This document shows, piece after piece, positions 1-17,724 of a stretch of 64,000 bases of DNA; within the stretch, counting starts at the first letter, position 1, and every line of letters starts with the position of its first letter. The DNA is taken from assembly GCF_009914755.1 (NCBI RefSeq), contig NC_060932.1; one strand, given 5' to 3'. The DNA is from the human T2T-CHM13v2.0 reference genome, Homo sapiens. The position numbers and the translations under genes were made by a program. Below the pieces are notes generated by a model. The model was not told the origin of the DNA, did no database searches, and saw only the letters and a list, made by a program, of their open reading frames with translations.

Positions 1-214
<214 letters not shown>

Positions 215-557
215 TCACCAACCGTTCTCTCAATCTCCATTTATCTAAATTCTTTGAAATCAAACTTGTTTTCCTGTCACTCCCCATTCTGACTCTTTTC
301 CCAAATTCCCTGCCTCCGCTAATGGTATTATTAGTAATTCAGTTACTGAGCTTTAAGTCTCAGAATTGTTCTCAAGTATTTGCTCCTTATTCCTTTGCCA
401 ATAACACACATACTCATACACCATGTATAATTAGACACTGGTTTTTATAAATTCTCTTTCCAGTATGATATTAGTAACTGACATTATTTAACACTTGGGA
501 TGTACCAGGCACTTTTTAAAGTGTGTTTATCTTATTGACTGTTTATGACAACCTTAA

Positions 558-1367
<810 letters not shown>

Positions 1368-2059
1368 AGAAGACAGTAACTTACCCCAAGTTACACAGCT
1401 AGTAGTGGCAGAGCTAAGATTCAGGCCCATACAGTCTGACTGGAGAGCCTATTCTCATAACTTGGAAGTCTCAATGTCTCCCCTGTCTCCTGTCACCATC
1501 ACAGCTCCGTACTTTCAGGCCCTCGTCAGCTGTGTCCTAGATTATTGTCAAAACCTCCTAACTGATCTTTGCCCAGTTTCTTTAGAACTTGACTTTAACT
1601 TGCCTAAGTTTATGCAGCTAGTGTCAGAGTCAGGATACAAACCTAGCTCTGTATGAGCTAAGCAATACTGTTTCTGCCAAGTAACACCTTTCTTATTCAT
1701 CTTTGTATCTCCAGAATTTAGCATAGTGACTAGCACAAGATAGAAGGAAATGGAAGTTGTCATTCAATGAATGTTGAATGATCCTGCAGAGGTTATAGCT
1801 TTTCTCTTGCGAATGCTCTTTTCTTTTTTTTTTTTTTTTTTTGTTTAAATCCTCATTCCCTTGTTGGATGTAAGAGGAGAAAAATGGTTAGGGTATATAT
1901 TTAATACAGTATTTTTTTGCTGCTGCTGTTTGGTGGGCTGTAGAGGAAGCAGCCATGATGATACGGCTGCTCCATTGGGAGGGTTGGGGTAGGTCCACTG
2001 CCCATCCAGAAGGTATCAGAAGTGCAGCCTCCTGTCAGACAGCAACACTGACCACGTGA

Positions 2060-2407
<348 letters not shown>

Positions 2408-2423
2408 TGACAGTTGTCAGATG

Positions 2424-5535
<3,112 letters not shown>

Positions 5536-6010
5536 TACTGTTTCTTAGGTGTCAGTTTTCTCTCTCTGAGACGTCATTAAGACTTTTCTTTCTACATTCA
5601 GATTTAAGGTCGTACAGTATACTTTTTGCTATAACAAAGTTCATTTTGGACTTTAAAGTTAACCAACTTGGATTGGTGCTTAATATTTCTGAGATACTCT
5701 AATTAAGAGTTCCAAGTAAGATAAGACTACTCTGGATATTTAGAGAAGGCAGGTAGGGGAGGAATGAAGCCAGTTCTCCTTGGACTGATGATGGTGCTAT
5801 TTTTCAGCACAGTCTTTGACTCTAAGGTGTTTTCCTTTATCTTTGCTTCCTACTTATCCTCTGCTGTTCCTTGCTTAGAGTTAGAAACAGTCTGGTAGTT
5901 GCAGTGGTTATAAAAATATATCTTGATCTTTGTCTTACATCTCCTGAGCAGGCCCTGTCAGGGATAGGTAAATGTGTCCTGTGGATTGATACCATGATTT
6001 CCTCTCCTGA

Positions 6011-6253
<243 letters not shown>

Positions 6254-6439
6254 TAGTATCTAAGTGTATCAATTTAACATTTATAATCACCTTACAAGTA
6301 AGTTAAAGTGCATTCCCTGGTCGTTTTGGCTTTGTCTTTGATTTTGCTTCAGATCTCCTTCTCTTTAGTCCTTTGTCTGACTTTTTTGCCTTCTTGCTAT
6401 ACTTTCCCTCAACCTGCCTCTCCACTATTTTCTTAGGCA

Positions 6440-7990
6440 TTTTTCAGTCATGTTAGGATGGTCAGTTATATTTTTAAAAGCTCAATCTTGCTGTAGTGTG
6501 AAGAATATATTGGAGAGGGGAAGAGGAGAAGCAGAGAGACCCTTCTAGGATTATTGCAGAAGTTTAGTCAAAAGGTTGTAATGACTAACACTAGGGTGGA
6601 TGAAGTGGATATGGAAGGAAATTGACTCAGGACATCATTTGGAGGGATGTGACGACTGACTGGATGTTGAGGGTGGGTGAGGGATGGGGAGGAATCAAGA
6701 ATGGTTTCTGGGGCAGGGTGCGGTGGCTCACACCTATAATCCCAGCACTTTGGGAGGCCAAAGTGGGTGATAGCTTGAGGTCAGGAGTTCATGACGACCA
6801 GCCTGACTAACATGGTGAAACCCCATCTCTACTAAAAGTACAAATAATTAGCCGGGCGTGGGGGCTGTGCACCTGTAATCCCAGCTACTTGGGAGGCTAA
6901 GGCAGGAGAATTGCTTGAATCCCAGGAGGTGGAGGTTGCAATGAGCTGACATCGCGCCACTGCATTCCAGCCTGGGCGACAGAGCAAGACTCCATCCCAA
7001 AAGAAAAAAAAAAGAGAGAATGGTTTCTGGGTTTTAAGCTTTAACATCTGGAGTTTGGTGATGTTTACTGAGATAGGGAAGATTGGGGAAGGGGGCACAG
7101 GTGTCAGAGCAGCAATCGAGAATTCATTTTGGAAGTGTGAAGTTTTGAGAATCCTGTGAGACATCAAGTGCAGATGTCAGAAGCCAACTTCAGATGTGGA
7201 AATCTGGAACTCCCAGGAGAGATTTGGCCTAGAAACAGAAACGTGGGAGTTTTCAGTTTTAAAAGCCATGGAGAGATGTATGGAATCCTTAGGAGAGAGT
7301 ATAGAGAAAAAAGAAAAGGAAAAAGGATTCTTTGTGCATTATAATTGGGCAAAAGATTGTATATAAATACATTTGGGTTAGAAGTTTTGAAGATGACAGA
7401 CTTGTGTGATAGCTTCCTTTTTTTAGTGAAATAAGAGGAAAAGCCCAGAATGAGTGGGTGCAGCATATTTGGAGAATGTGGACAAGATGTGATAGTCATG
7501 AGGCGAGGAAGAGCTTGCTGGAGAGTAGTAGGATGGCCAGGTGGCAAAGGCCCATTTGAGGTTGGGAATAATCAGTGGGTAATGACTCCGATTTGCTCCC
7601 ATATCTTTTTTCTCTTTAGCAATACTAAGCTGTATGAGCACAGGCCTGAGGGTATATGGTTCGGTTTGTCTGTTGCTCAGAGAGTGACAAGGGACTTGAG
7701 GTTATTCGAAAGGAAGCTGTTGTCATGATGGAATCTAAGCTGAATTTAAAAAAAAACAAAGTCAAGCCAGTGGGGGCAGATGCAGAGAGGGAAGGCCAAG
7801 TTGGGAGGATCTGTGAATTGGTAGTCTGAGTTTCAAGGAGGCATTTAAACAAATGAGTGGGAAAGGGAGAGTGTGGTTGGATAGTGGGATATTTGAATTC
7901 ATGATTTGGAAGTTGTGCTGGTTCTGGTGATAACACTGAGGATATTGACCTTTGGAAGTGTTTGGCCAAGGGGGACCCGAAGGAAGGGCA
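6440..7990 (-). mobile_element. L2 LINE remnants (interrupted by an Alu)
   Basis: purine-rich degenerate sequence resembling antisense L2, e.g. ttttggaagtgtgaagttttgagaatcctgtgagacatcaagtgcagatgtc. Confidence 0.6.
6711..7013 (+). mobile_element. AluS
   Basis: Alu consensus with TSD agaatggtttctgg. Confidence 0.95.
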
Positions 7991-8774
7991 CTGTGGCCAA
8001 AGGGGGCAGTGTTTTGTCAGAAATGTCTCACCGTTTAGAAGCTTGAAGTATATGCATGGTGAGCCGCAGGTGCATTCTGCAATTGATCACTGGGATAACA
8101 TCAAACAATTCCTCCTTTACACATCCCGTCACTTCAACACTATTAAGCAGCACGTGTGACTGGAGGCCCAGGGCAGCCACAATCCAGAATGGGTGATCTT
8201 CTGTTAGGACATTTATCTTGGCCATAACTAGAACTGGAGGTAGTAGGGCAGCACTTGGCAGAACTGAGCATATTTTTACATGTGATTTTGTGATTTATTT
8301 TTGTTCTTGGTTGCTAGGAAGGGGGCTTAGAATTAACATCCCCAGCATATTATGAACTGAGGTTTCTTAATGGTGCTTTTGGAGAACACTTAGCTGAGAC
8401 ACAACAATAAATGTTTTTCTGGTCAGTGGGTGGGGGCTGTGACAAGGAGAATTGGAATGATAGTTGTCATTTTTCTGTCTGCAGAATAAGAGGAGGTCCA
8501 GATAATGAGGTGATGAAAAGGGGTAGGGGGAAGAATAGGAAGGGTAGGCTTTGCTATTTAAAAGAATGGGAAAACCCTTAAGGAGACTTTTCTAAAAGTG
8601 TGGATATGAAAATAAAGCAGGTATATGTAAAAAACACTTTTCAATATTGTGATCAGATAGTGTGTAATGTCAGTGACACACCATAGACATAAAGCTGACC
8701 CTTCACTGCAGCAGACAGATTTTTATAGTCAATTAGATTCCTTTGGTAATGATTCCTTCCTTGCCTCCTTCTAG

Positions 8775-8906
<132 letters not shown>

Positions 8907-8970
8907 AAAGAGAGAGACCTCATCTTTCATGCTTGCAAGTGAAATATGTTACAGAACATGCACTTGCCCT

Positions 8971-8976
8971 AATAAA
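8971..8976 (+). terminator. NDUFB9: NDUFB9 polyadenylation signal
   Basis: first AATAAA, 64 nt after the stop codon; further AATAAA at 9121 and 9231. Confidence 0.85.
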
Positions 8977-9794
8977 AAATCAGTGAAATGGTCTCTGGTA
9001 TGACTGACGTTCTTCTAAGAATTACTGTGATGCCAAGTGACTGTGCCACTGTCATTGTTTTATCAATCGTGCATGTAAAGAAAATGACAGGACATGTAGT
9101 CAGTCAGCTGTGTTCTCTGCAATAAATCACTGATAGCATATGTTACCAGTAAGGAAAAACTGAGGCAGAACCAGATTGAGGCGAACAAACTCTCAAGTCA
9201 AAGGCCTAATTAGCTGTGGTAACTAGAAGGAATAAACAAAGCCAAGAACAGAAATACTGAGGATTTAAAAATAACCTTTTTGGTTTTCTAAAGATTTCAC
9301 TAATGGAACTTAGTTTTTATTAGAAGAACAACTCTCCCTAAGAAGTACATAGTCAACAAATAAGCATGGAATTTGTGGAGTTCTGTCAGGGGTGGAGGTT
9401 TGATGGTTGGGGTTAAATGGTCCAATCTGGGATAAAACTTTGTGGCGCTTATTTTAGAAGCAGTTTTCCAGCTTTGCTTCTGCTACCGTAGCTTGGATTG
9501 TCTGCGGACTCAAAGGTAAGGGAATAACAGAACTCCTTAAATGTTTCAGAAGCTTTGTTTTTGTTTTTTAAAGATAAAGCAGTTTTTAAAACTTTCAACC
9601 CAAAACAGCTGCTTTTAGTTCTTGATCCCTCATTAGCTAGAACTGTTTTCAAATAGTTTCAGGCAACTAATGATCTTATAGCCATCACAAAAATATTTTG
9701 TCACTTTTCTACGTAAGCTCAATTTGAGTCCCAGTCCATCTTCTAACATTTGACTAAGACCTCAAACTGAATTGTAACAAGACTTGAAATACAG

Positions 9795-12005
9795 GACTTT
9801 TTTAATCTAGTGGTTCTTTATTTATAACGTAGGCTGAAGCAATTGTTACAATGTAGGAGGGAGACACATTACACAATTGTTATTTATACAAGTTTAGAAC
9901 AAAAAACTGCACAGGGAGAGGTCAACTCTCAGTACAAACTAGCAACTAAAGCACAATAATTTACTGTTAGAAACGATTTCTTTCTTTTTAGCTGTGACAC
10001 TGCTTTTACAATATGCAAAAACACAAGCAGAACTACCCAAGGTGTGTTGTCACATTCTTTCTACATTGAATTTGGCAACATTTTATTTATTCAGATTATA
10101 CTAACGTTTAAAAACTAAACAAGTGAAAAGCTGTACCAAGGTACAGTTACATCCATTTATTTCAAAGGTTTAAAATACCACTTTTATCTATTGTGATTAC
10201 CTTGCAGCGATTTCTGCTTTTGCAAAAACCATCTCAAGCATCATATGCACAATGCATCAGCTACTTTTAGTCATCAAGATTGGTGGGCTAAACCACAGGC
10301 ACTACTGTTGTTTATATTCTGTAAAAGGAGCTTGTTTTTCAAAGAAAAAAGCTTAAATAGTTTCTAATAATCATGCCTTTGCTTTAAAGCCGTAACATAA
10401 AATGTCCTTGAGCAATCGCAGCAGTGTTCAATGTTAATATATAGAACAATGACCATACGGTACGTTACTCTCACATCCAATGCAGTTATGTGTTAAAGCA
10501 TAAGATTAGGTAATTGAGGGTTAGAGCCAACAGGAATCTGCAGGGTGTATGAAACCCACCAAACTCCTCCTCTGCCTTGAGAGGGTTCGGTCAGAAATGT
10601 GCCCTGTTATGACCTGACTGCTAAGGGACTTGCTTGCTTTCTTAAACACTATTGTCTTCAAATGTGATCCCTTTAAATCTACAAATCTCTGTTGGCTTTA
10701 GGGGATGGGCAGTATAACAAATTTAACTTCCACTTAGAAAAGACAAATCTTTTCCAAAAAACATTTACCCAGAATACAAAAAAAGGACAGTATAGTGGTC
10801 AGATTCCCAGTGACAATAAACAAATCCTCCTCTCTTCAATGTTTACTGTAAAGCCAGTTAACTGCCATTTATTTGAAAGAAGAAAAGAAAAACAAGCCCC
10901 CAGATTGGTAAACACATTGGCAAGTTGCTAGACTCCAAGCTGGCTACCCTTGTCAAATCTGTTCGAGTTTTTTCAAAATACTTGGGCTTTTTAACGCACC
11001 CAGCCTGCTGGGCACAGTTAAGTAAAAGGCATTTACTATAATCTAAGAATTCCCTGCTATTATCATTTTTAAATGTTTTCACATTTTTAAAACTGCCTTA
11101 CCCTTTTGGATGTATTTGGATTCCATAAAGGTGAGTACAATCAACGAGAAACTGAAGTGGGAGATTCTACGACTGCCCAGAGGCAGCAGCATGCATGGGG
11201 CTGGTTGTGGGTGCTGTGTGCAGTCCAGAGGAATCATGGGAGAAAGGAAGTCAAGTCCTTAAACACCCTACAGAAACAAACACTGCAATCCAGTATGGCT
11301 TATTCGGATGCATTTACCATGAAGCTACCAGAAGAAATTCAACCTACGAGGCTACTCTTAAATGTAACAGGATCGGCTATGTTGACGATGTACCCCTCCC
11401 ATGGCCCTCCCCCCAATCCCAACACAGTCTACCATTTCCAGATTTACTTCACTCTGAATATTGCTCATCAATTGTTACTCCTGCTCTTTTCATCCAGAAC
11501 ATAGTATATTTAAATGAAGATTTTACCTCTTACCCATTTAGTTTGTACATTAAAATAACTTGCATTTGCTTCTAAGCTAGACTACTACAATGCATCTACA
11601 AAAGCTTGTGGGGAAAAAAAAAGAAGAGTGAAGTATAGTAAATCCTTTTCTAAAATTAACTACTTCGTGGTTCCCCTGCCCCAACCCCCTTTATGCATTT
11701 AAAATTTTACAAAGACTTGTAAAAAAGTTAAATGGAATTTGGCACCTTCAGAAAAATCAAAAGGGAAACTAAGATTAAAATGTGCAGAAAGAAAATTGTC
11801 AATATTTACAAATTAAAAGATCAAGATTATGTCAGTTACATAGGTTGGTTTTAATTCTTATCTAAAGGTGTCGAGTACTTTCAAAAGAGCTATATTCCGA
11901 GTTGCCTACAAAATCTTTTGTTTTATTATAGAGTGGAATGGATCAAGACAAATTAGGTTTTATTAATGAAACAGTTCATTCCCCACCGGCGCATTTCTTG
12001 TGAAC
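9795..12005 (-). other. MTSS1: MTSS1 3' UTR (about 2.2 kb; distal end approximate)
   Basis: follows the stop codon at 12006-12008, AU-rich, no recognisable TE, multiple miRNA seed matches and AATAAA hexamers. Confidence 0.8.
9817..9822 (-). terminator. MTSS1: MTSS1 distal polyadenylation signal
   Basis: tttatt on + (AATAAA on -) at the end of an apparently repeat-free AU-rich UTR. Confidence 0.7.
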
Positions 12006-12706
12006 CTAAGAAAAGCGAGGGGCTGAGCGATCGTTTGTCGTGGTCTTCTTCAGTTTCACGCCCCTTCGGATGGCGTTCAGCATGTCTTCTCCTTGTGGAG
12101 TATCCCTTGGGCTCAGGTCTGCAGGGTCACTCTCTGGAATCTGGCCTGGGGAGACAGTGGCACTTGGGGGTTCCCGTTCCTGGTCTTCAGCTTCACTTTC
12201 TGGAATTGCCTGTCTGTGCTCCTCAGGGATACTGGGCTTCGGGCCTGGAAGTGGAGGGTTAACGGAAGCTTGGCCGCTCCACATTGAGGAGGGCATGCTG
12301 GTGACACCTTGGGGGCCCTCACCCACAGATGGCGACTCAGGGCTGTGCTCCCCCCGCTCTTCTGGCCCATCTGGAGGGGCTGGCAACACCCCTGGGAGGT
12401 CTGGGACGGTTGGGGTCTTGACAGGGATCACGGGTGTCTTGATGGGGATGGGACCAGCTCCAATGGTTCCCCGGCGGACAGAAGGCTTGGTGGAAGGGGT
12501 CCGTCGGATAGTTGCAACCCCTGGAGTGACCATAGCAGGTCCCAGGGTGGTGGGGAGGCCAGCAGTTGAGGCTGGACGCTTGGCTTGGAACATCCGTCGG
12601 TAGGACTGGCTGATGTCGCTGTTTCTTGGAATGGTGGAGGACTTGTCGAACTCCTGCTGATCTGCCTCCTGGTCACCACTTACAGAGAAATAATCATAAT
12701 CTGAAA
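12006..12706 (-). CDS. MTSS1: MTSS1 last coding exon (exon 14): proline-rich region and C-terminal WH2 domain
   Basis: atcag acceptor; (V)SDYDYFSVSGDQEADQQEFDKSSTIPRNSDISQSYRRMFQAKRP...EDMLNAIRRGVKLKKTTTNDRSAPRFS-TAG; LKKT WH2 motif. Confidence 0.96.
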
Positions 12707-13274
12707 CTGATTATAGGATTTGATTAGACATATTCAAGACAGCAGCTGTGCTTTTTTGATTCTTCTGGGCTGGGAGGACAAAAGGCACGCAAGGCAGGGT
12801 ACACACACAGTCTCATCCCAAGCTTCCCCCAGGCTTCTCTACCATCTTCAGAAAGCCTCACCAACTAAGAACTCCGTGGCAGGGATCTTTGCTTTGTTCA
12901 CTGATGTGTCCCAAGTACCTAGAACAGTGCTGGACACGGTAGGCACTCAAATATCGTCAATGGGGAAGAAGGTAAAGCTGCTAGGCTGCAGCGAAGCTAC
13001 CTGCAAGCGTCTCTGGGAGGAATAAGGGGGATGAAAGAAGACAAATTCTCCAGTCCAGAACTCAACGTGAAGATCAAACCTCAAATAGACTAGCCTAGGC
13101 TATAACATCTCCCTGATAATTAACTGGAGAGGCAAGGGCTAGACAAAGAACAAAGCTACTGACAGTGAGTCCCTGACAATAAGGGACAAAGACAGTTTCC
13201 ATCAGTGTCATGTGCTCACTTCCTTGTAAGACCAATCTCAGGATGATGTGGGAGCTTACAGATTAAACAGCTCA

Positions 13275-13508
13275 CAGCCCTGATTCTGAACCACCGTACT
13301 ATTGATAATTTGGGCTGGATAGTTCTTTGTTATGGAGGACGTGGTGGGGAGGGGCCGTGCTGTGTATTCTGGGATGTTTAAGCAATATCCCTGCCCTGTG
13401 CCCACTAGATGCCAATAGTACCCCTCCAGTTGTGACAACCAGAAATGTCTACAGACATTGCCAGATGTCCCCTGGGGAATAAAATCACCCTCCAATAAGA
13501 CTCACTGT
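13275..13508 (-). mobile_element. MER20 (hAT-Charlie)
   Basis: cccactagatgcca...ccagttgtgacaaccagaaatgtctacagacattgccagatgtcccctgggg matches the MER20 reverse complement. Confidence 0.8.
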
Positions 13509-13852
13509 CTTAGAGGTTTTGAATGATGAATGGCATAGCTTTTGGTCAATTATCATAGATATATTCTAGCTGTTAGATTTTCATCTTGCCTGACTTGTGT
13601 GTGCAGTGGACTTGAGGATGAAGGAGGCAGGTTTGATAGAGGATTTGGCTGGAATAGGTTAAGAACTTGGGCATTACACTCTAACACACTTAGGTTCAAA
13701 CTCCAGTTCTACTTATTGGTTGTGTGAATATGAGCGAGTTATTGAGCCTTAATTTCCACTTCTGTAAAATAGGGGTGAAAATACCTACCCCGTAAGTGGC
13801 TGTAAAGATTAAATGAGAAAATAACCATAAAGTGTGTAGTGCAAAGTGCTAA

Positions 13853-14158
<306 letters not shown>

Positions 14159-14161
14159 TGA

Positions 14162-14560
<399 letters not shown>

Positions 14561-14755
14561 CAGATCCCTTTCTTATATGGCAGCTACCTGACAACTACAG
14601 ATGAGCTCCCCAAAGCATTCCCAGATGACGAAAACAATCCTGACACCTGTTAGTTAGCGAGTGGTGGGTTGTGGTTAAAATGGACCAGCAGTTTTCTATC
14701 TCCTCACCTGGTGCTGCTCAGAAAGCCTAAGTGCACACCCCAGGCTGCCTCGTAC

Positions 14756-14918
14756 CTTGGGAAGGGATGGTGTCCTCAGAGCAGCAGGGGGTGGTTGTCT
14801 GGGTGCTGTAGCCGCTGGAGCACTGAAGCGAGTCCCGGCTGCTCCTCTGGGTGTCCAGCTGCAGGCCCCGAGACAGGGCCAGGGCCAGCTCCTCACAAGC
14901 CTCCATCTCCTCACCAGG
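14756..14918 (-). CDS. MTSS1: MTSS1 coding exon 13
   Basis: aacctgcag acceptor, CAAG|gtacga donor; 163 nt PGEEMEACEELALALSRGLQLDTQRSSRDSLQCSSGYSTQTTTPCCSEDTIPSQ. Confidence 0.95.
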
Positions 14919-15243
14919 CTGCAGGTTGGAGGAGAGAAATACACAGGTTGCTTTAGGGGGGGCTCAACAGCACTCCTGTTCTGCCCCCGTGAGCACTACA
15001 TGTCTGTGGGGCCAGGGGGCTATTGACTTGCTTGGGTCCCACTCTGACCCTAGAAAGTTCTGCCTCTCTCATTCCCACACAAGGTTTTTTTCCCAGGGAC
15101 TTTGCTGTAGAGCAGGAAGTCAGGGAATGGAGCCCAGGTCCCTCCAGCTGCAAGGCTGCCTTGGCCCCCCAGTTGCTGGCCAGAATGTGATCCCCAGCCA
15201 GGCTGAGGTGGCCCCAACCAGCTACTGAGAACAAGAGCATCAC

Positions 15244-15417
15244 CCTGGTGGCAGCCGATACAGTCATGCTCCGTGGTCTCTGAGCCTCCTCAGCTGCTGC
15301 AGGTGGGCCGCTGGCGGTAGTGGGTCCTCCCCCGTTGGGGTCCGGTTCTCGCTTCTCTTTGCGGCGCTGCAGGGTGTTCACCAGAGGCTGGTCATAGGGC
15401 CCAGGCTTAGCCCAGTC
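15244..15417 (-). CDS. MTSS1: MTSS1 coding exon 12
   Basis: ttttgcatag acceptor, AGG|gtgatg donor; 174 nt DWAKPGPYDQPLVNTLQRRKEKREP...RPRSMTVSAATR. Confidence 0.95.
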
Positions 15418-16692
15418 CTATGCAAAACAAGTGCGGTCAGGAGCCAGGGCCTCTGCCTCCACTGGAGGGCTGCGGGGACCCCATAGACAGCTCCCCAGAG
15501 AAGGCAGCTGGTCCCCTTAAGGGGAACCTCCGGCTGGGACAAGCCACAGGCCCTCTGCATGCCCTCTCCAGGCTCTAAAGGGCAAGGAATGGAAACCCTT
15601 TGGGAGCCCCCTGTGTACCTCCCTTTTCCTCGTCTCTGCCCAAAGATTAAAAACCCTCACCCACCAGGTGGCAGCAGGAGACCCGGCAGCCACCTAACAG
15701 GTGACCGGTGTAAGCTAAGGGGACCCACCAGTGGGCAGTACATCGTGCTTCTCCTGTCTGAAGGGACCAGCGCTCCTTAACAACCCAGATGGCTTCCCGT
15801 TAGGGGAATGGCCACCAGCGAGCACTAAAGCAACATCAGCCCTTCTCCCTCCATTCCCAGGAAACCAGCCTCAAAGGGCATGGCAGGCTCCCTGCCCTCT
15901 CAAGCCCTCAGAAGGAAAGGAAGGCGCCCAGGGGCAGTAGAAAGATTCCGAGAAGCCTTGAGAGGCCCACACCGCCTGTGAGGGCTAAAGTCAAAACCTG
16001 CTTAAAACGCTGGCAGCCAAGGGGCCTACTTTTCAAATTAGGGTCCTCCTCTCAAAAGAGAGCAGATTATCCTCCTGGAGGAGCATTGATCGGACTTGCT
16101 AGGGGATCATTTTCAAAGTTCGTCTTTATATTAAAGCAAACATGTTTGAAAACTCAAGACTAAAACTAAAGTCTGCGTGTACTGTTAAGTTCAACATGAT
16201 CACCCCAAACCTGCTTTGGGTTATGGTTCTGTTACCACAGCCCAGCAGGGAGCTCATTAGGGAAAATGGGAAACATGGCCAGAAGGAAAGTCCCCCCTAA
16301 ACCCCCTAGAAGCTCTGATCATGCTGACACCCTCAGGTGGCCCCCGGGAGGGACCAACCCATAGATTTCAACTTGATGCAAAACTGGGCCTTTGGACTTG
16401 GAATTGCCGCTGCCTGCGGTGCACACTGCACTGCCGTCCATCAGGGATTGACCGAAGTCCCCTGAAGGAAGACCCTCAGCCCCAGCTACCTGTGGAAATT
16501 GCTGTCTTAGAGCTGCCGGCTGCTTTCTGCTTCTCCCCCAATGGGAGTTTCCTGAGGGAGAGGCATTATGGGGAAGAAGGCAGAGTGTGAAAGGAAGGGG
16601 ATGAGGGGATAGTCGGGGTGAGGGGGTTGGAACAGAAGAGGGGTGAGCACAGAGGCAATGACGGGGAGAGGAGGAGGGGGAGAGACACAAAC

Positions 16693-16887
16693 CTTCCAGC
16701 TAGGGATCTGAGATGACGGGAACATGCCGGGCCCAATGGTGTAATAATGAGCGTAGTCTGGAAGGTGGACAGAGGTGACCCGAGGGAGCAGGCGGGAGGC
16801 AGGCAGGCAATGAGGGAAAAGGCCTGCACCCGTGGGCCCCACGTGGGACTCACTTGATAAACTATAGTGAGAAAACCCGTTAGACAA
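16693..16887 (-). CDS. MTSS1: MTSS1 coding exon 11 (phase 0-0, skippable in frame)
   Basis: long pyrimidine tract plus ccag acceptor, AAG|gtttgt donor; 195 nt LSNGFSHYSLSSESHVGP...PDYAHYYTIGPGMFPSSQIPSWK. Confidence 0.95.
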
Positions 16888-17013
16888 CTGGAAACAAACA
16901 AAAAAAGGGGGGGGAAAGGAAAAAAAATTAATATAACAGGATGAGTGCGGAGATACAAAATGGCATTGACATTCAAGGGAGGGGAAACCTGAATATTTAT
17001 AAATAAAACAAAC

Positions 17014-17040
17014 ATTGGGGCTCTGCTGCTCACGGATGAT
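17014..17040 (-). CDS. MTSS1: candidate 27-nt MTSS1 microexon (IIREQQSPN)
   Basis: ctcttttctcttgcatcacag|ATCATCCGTGAGCAGCAGAGCCCCAAT|gtttgt; in frame with neighbouring phase-0 exons, no stop. Confidence 0.55.
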
Positions 17041-17724
17041 CTGTGATGCAAGAGAAAAGAGCCGGGGTGCAAAGAATGCACATGAGTTTGACAGCAAATA
17101 AGCATCTATGTTTGACCTACGTTTTAGAAGTTTGGAAATTGATCAGTGCCCTCAATTTGTGGCCTTGTCAATGGTTTTTGATAATGTAACTAATGAAGCC
17201 TCATTTAATGGTGATAGTGATTTGCTCATTTCATTATGCAAATTTAAAAATTCCAAAGCATCTTCAAATGAATCTGTTCATTCTAGGTTTCCAAAATCGT
17301 CGCATTGCTCAGGAGCACATTCTCAATCAAGGGCAGGGGGGTGGGGGTGCAAACTAAAAAGCGGAAAAGCACACAGCCTCTGACACAGTGACATGGCTCA
17401 TCCAACGGTCTGGTGGGTGGCTCGGGAAGGGAGGGAGGAGGATGGACAGGCACGCAACACCTGGTCTGGGAGAAAGCCTTCACACCTCCAAATTCCCCAT
17501 ACCCCTTCCTCTCCCTTGAGACAACCATGTGGTCATTGTCCAGCAGCCAGGCACTCATTCTAGAAAATGCTCTCAGCCTTGTCCCACCCTCTGTCCCCAA
17601 GAGGAGCCCCACTCTTGGTGTCGATTCTGAGCTTCCAGGTTGCCGCGGCTGTGAGGGCTGTCTGAGCAGCAGGCAGGGGGACCAGGGAGAGTGGGGCCGC
17701 TGTGGCTGCCACCCGGGCGGTCAC

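Noticed and set aside
12040-12603. 187-aa + strand ORF opposite the MTSS1 last exon
   Set aside because: Antisense shadow of a GC-rich coding exon; no independent splice or start evidence
16319-16500. Possible extra exon on - starting ttccacag|GTAGCTGGGGCTGAG (VAGAEGLPSGDFG...)
   Set aside because: Short pyrimidine tract, no convincing donor and no recognisable homology; cannot be supported without RNA data
16507-17097. 196-aa - strand ORF as a standalone gene
   Set aside because: It is exon 11 plus the candidate microexon read through open intronic flanks
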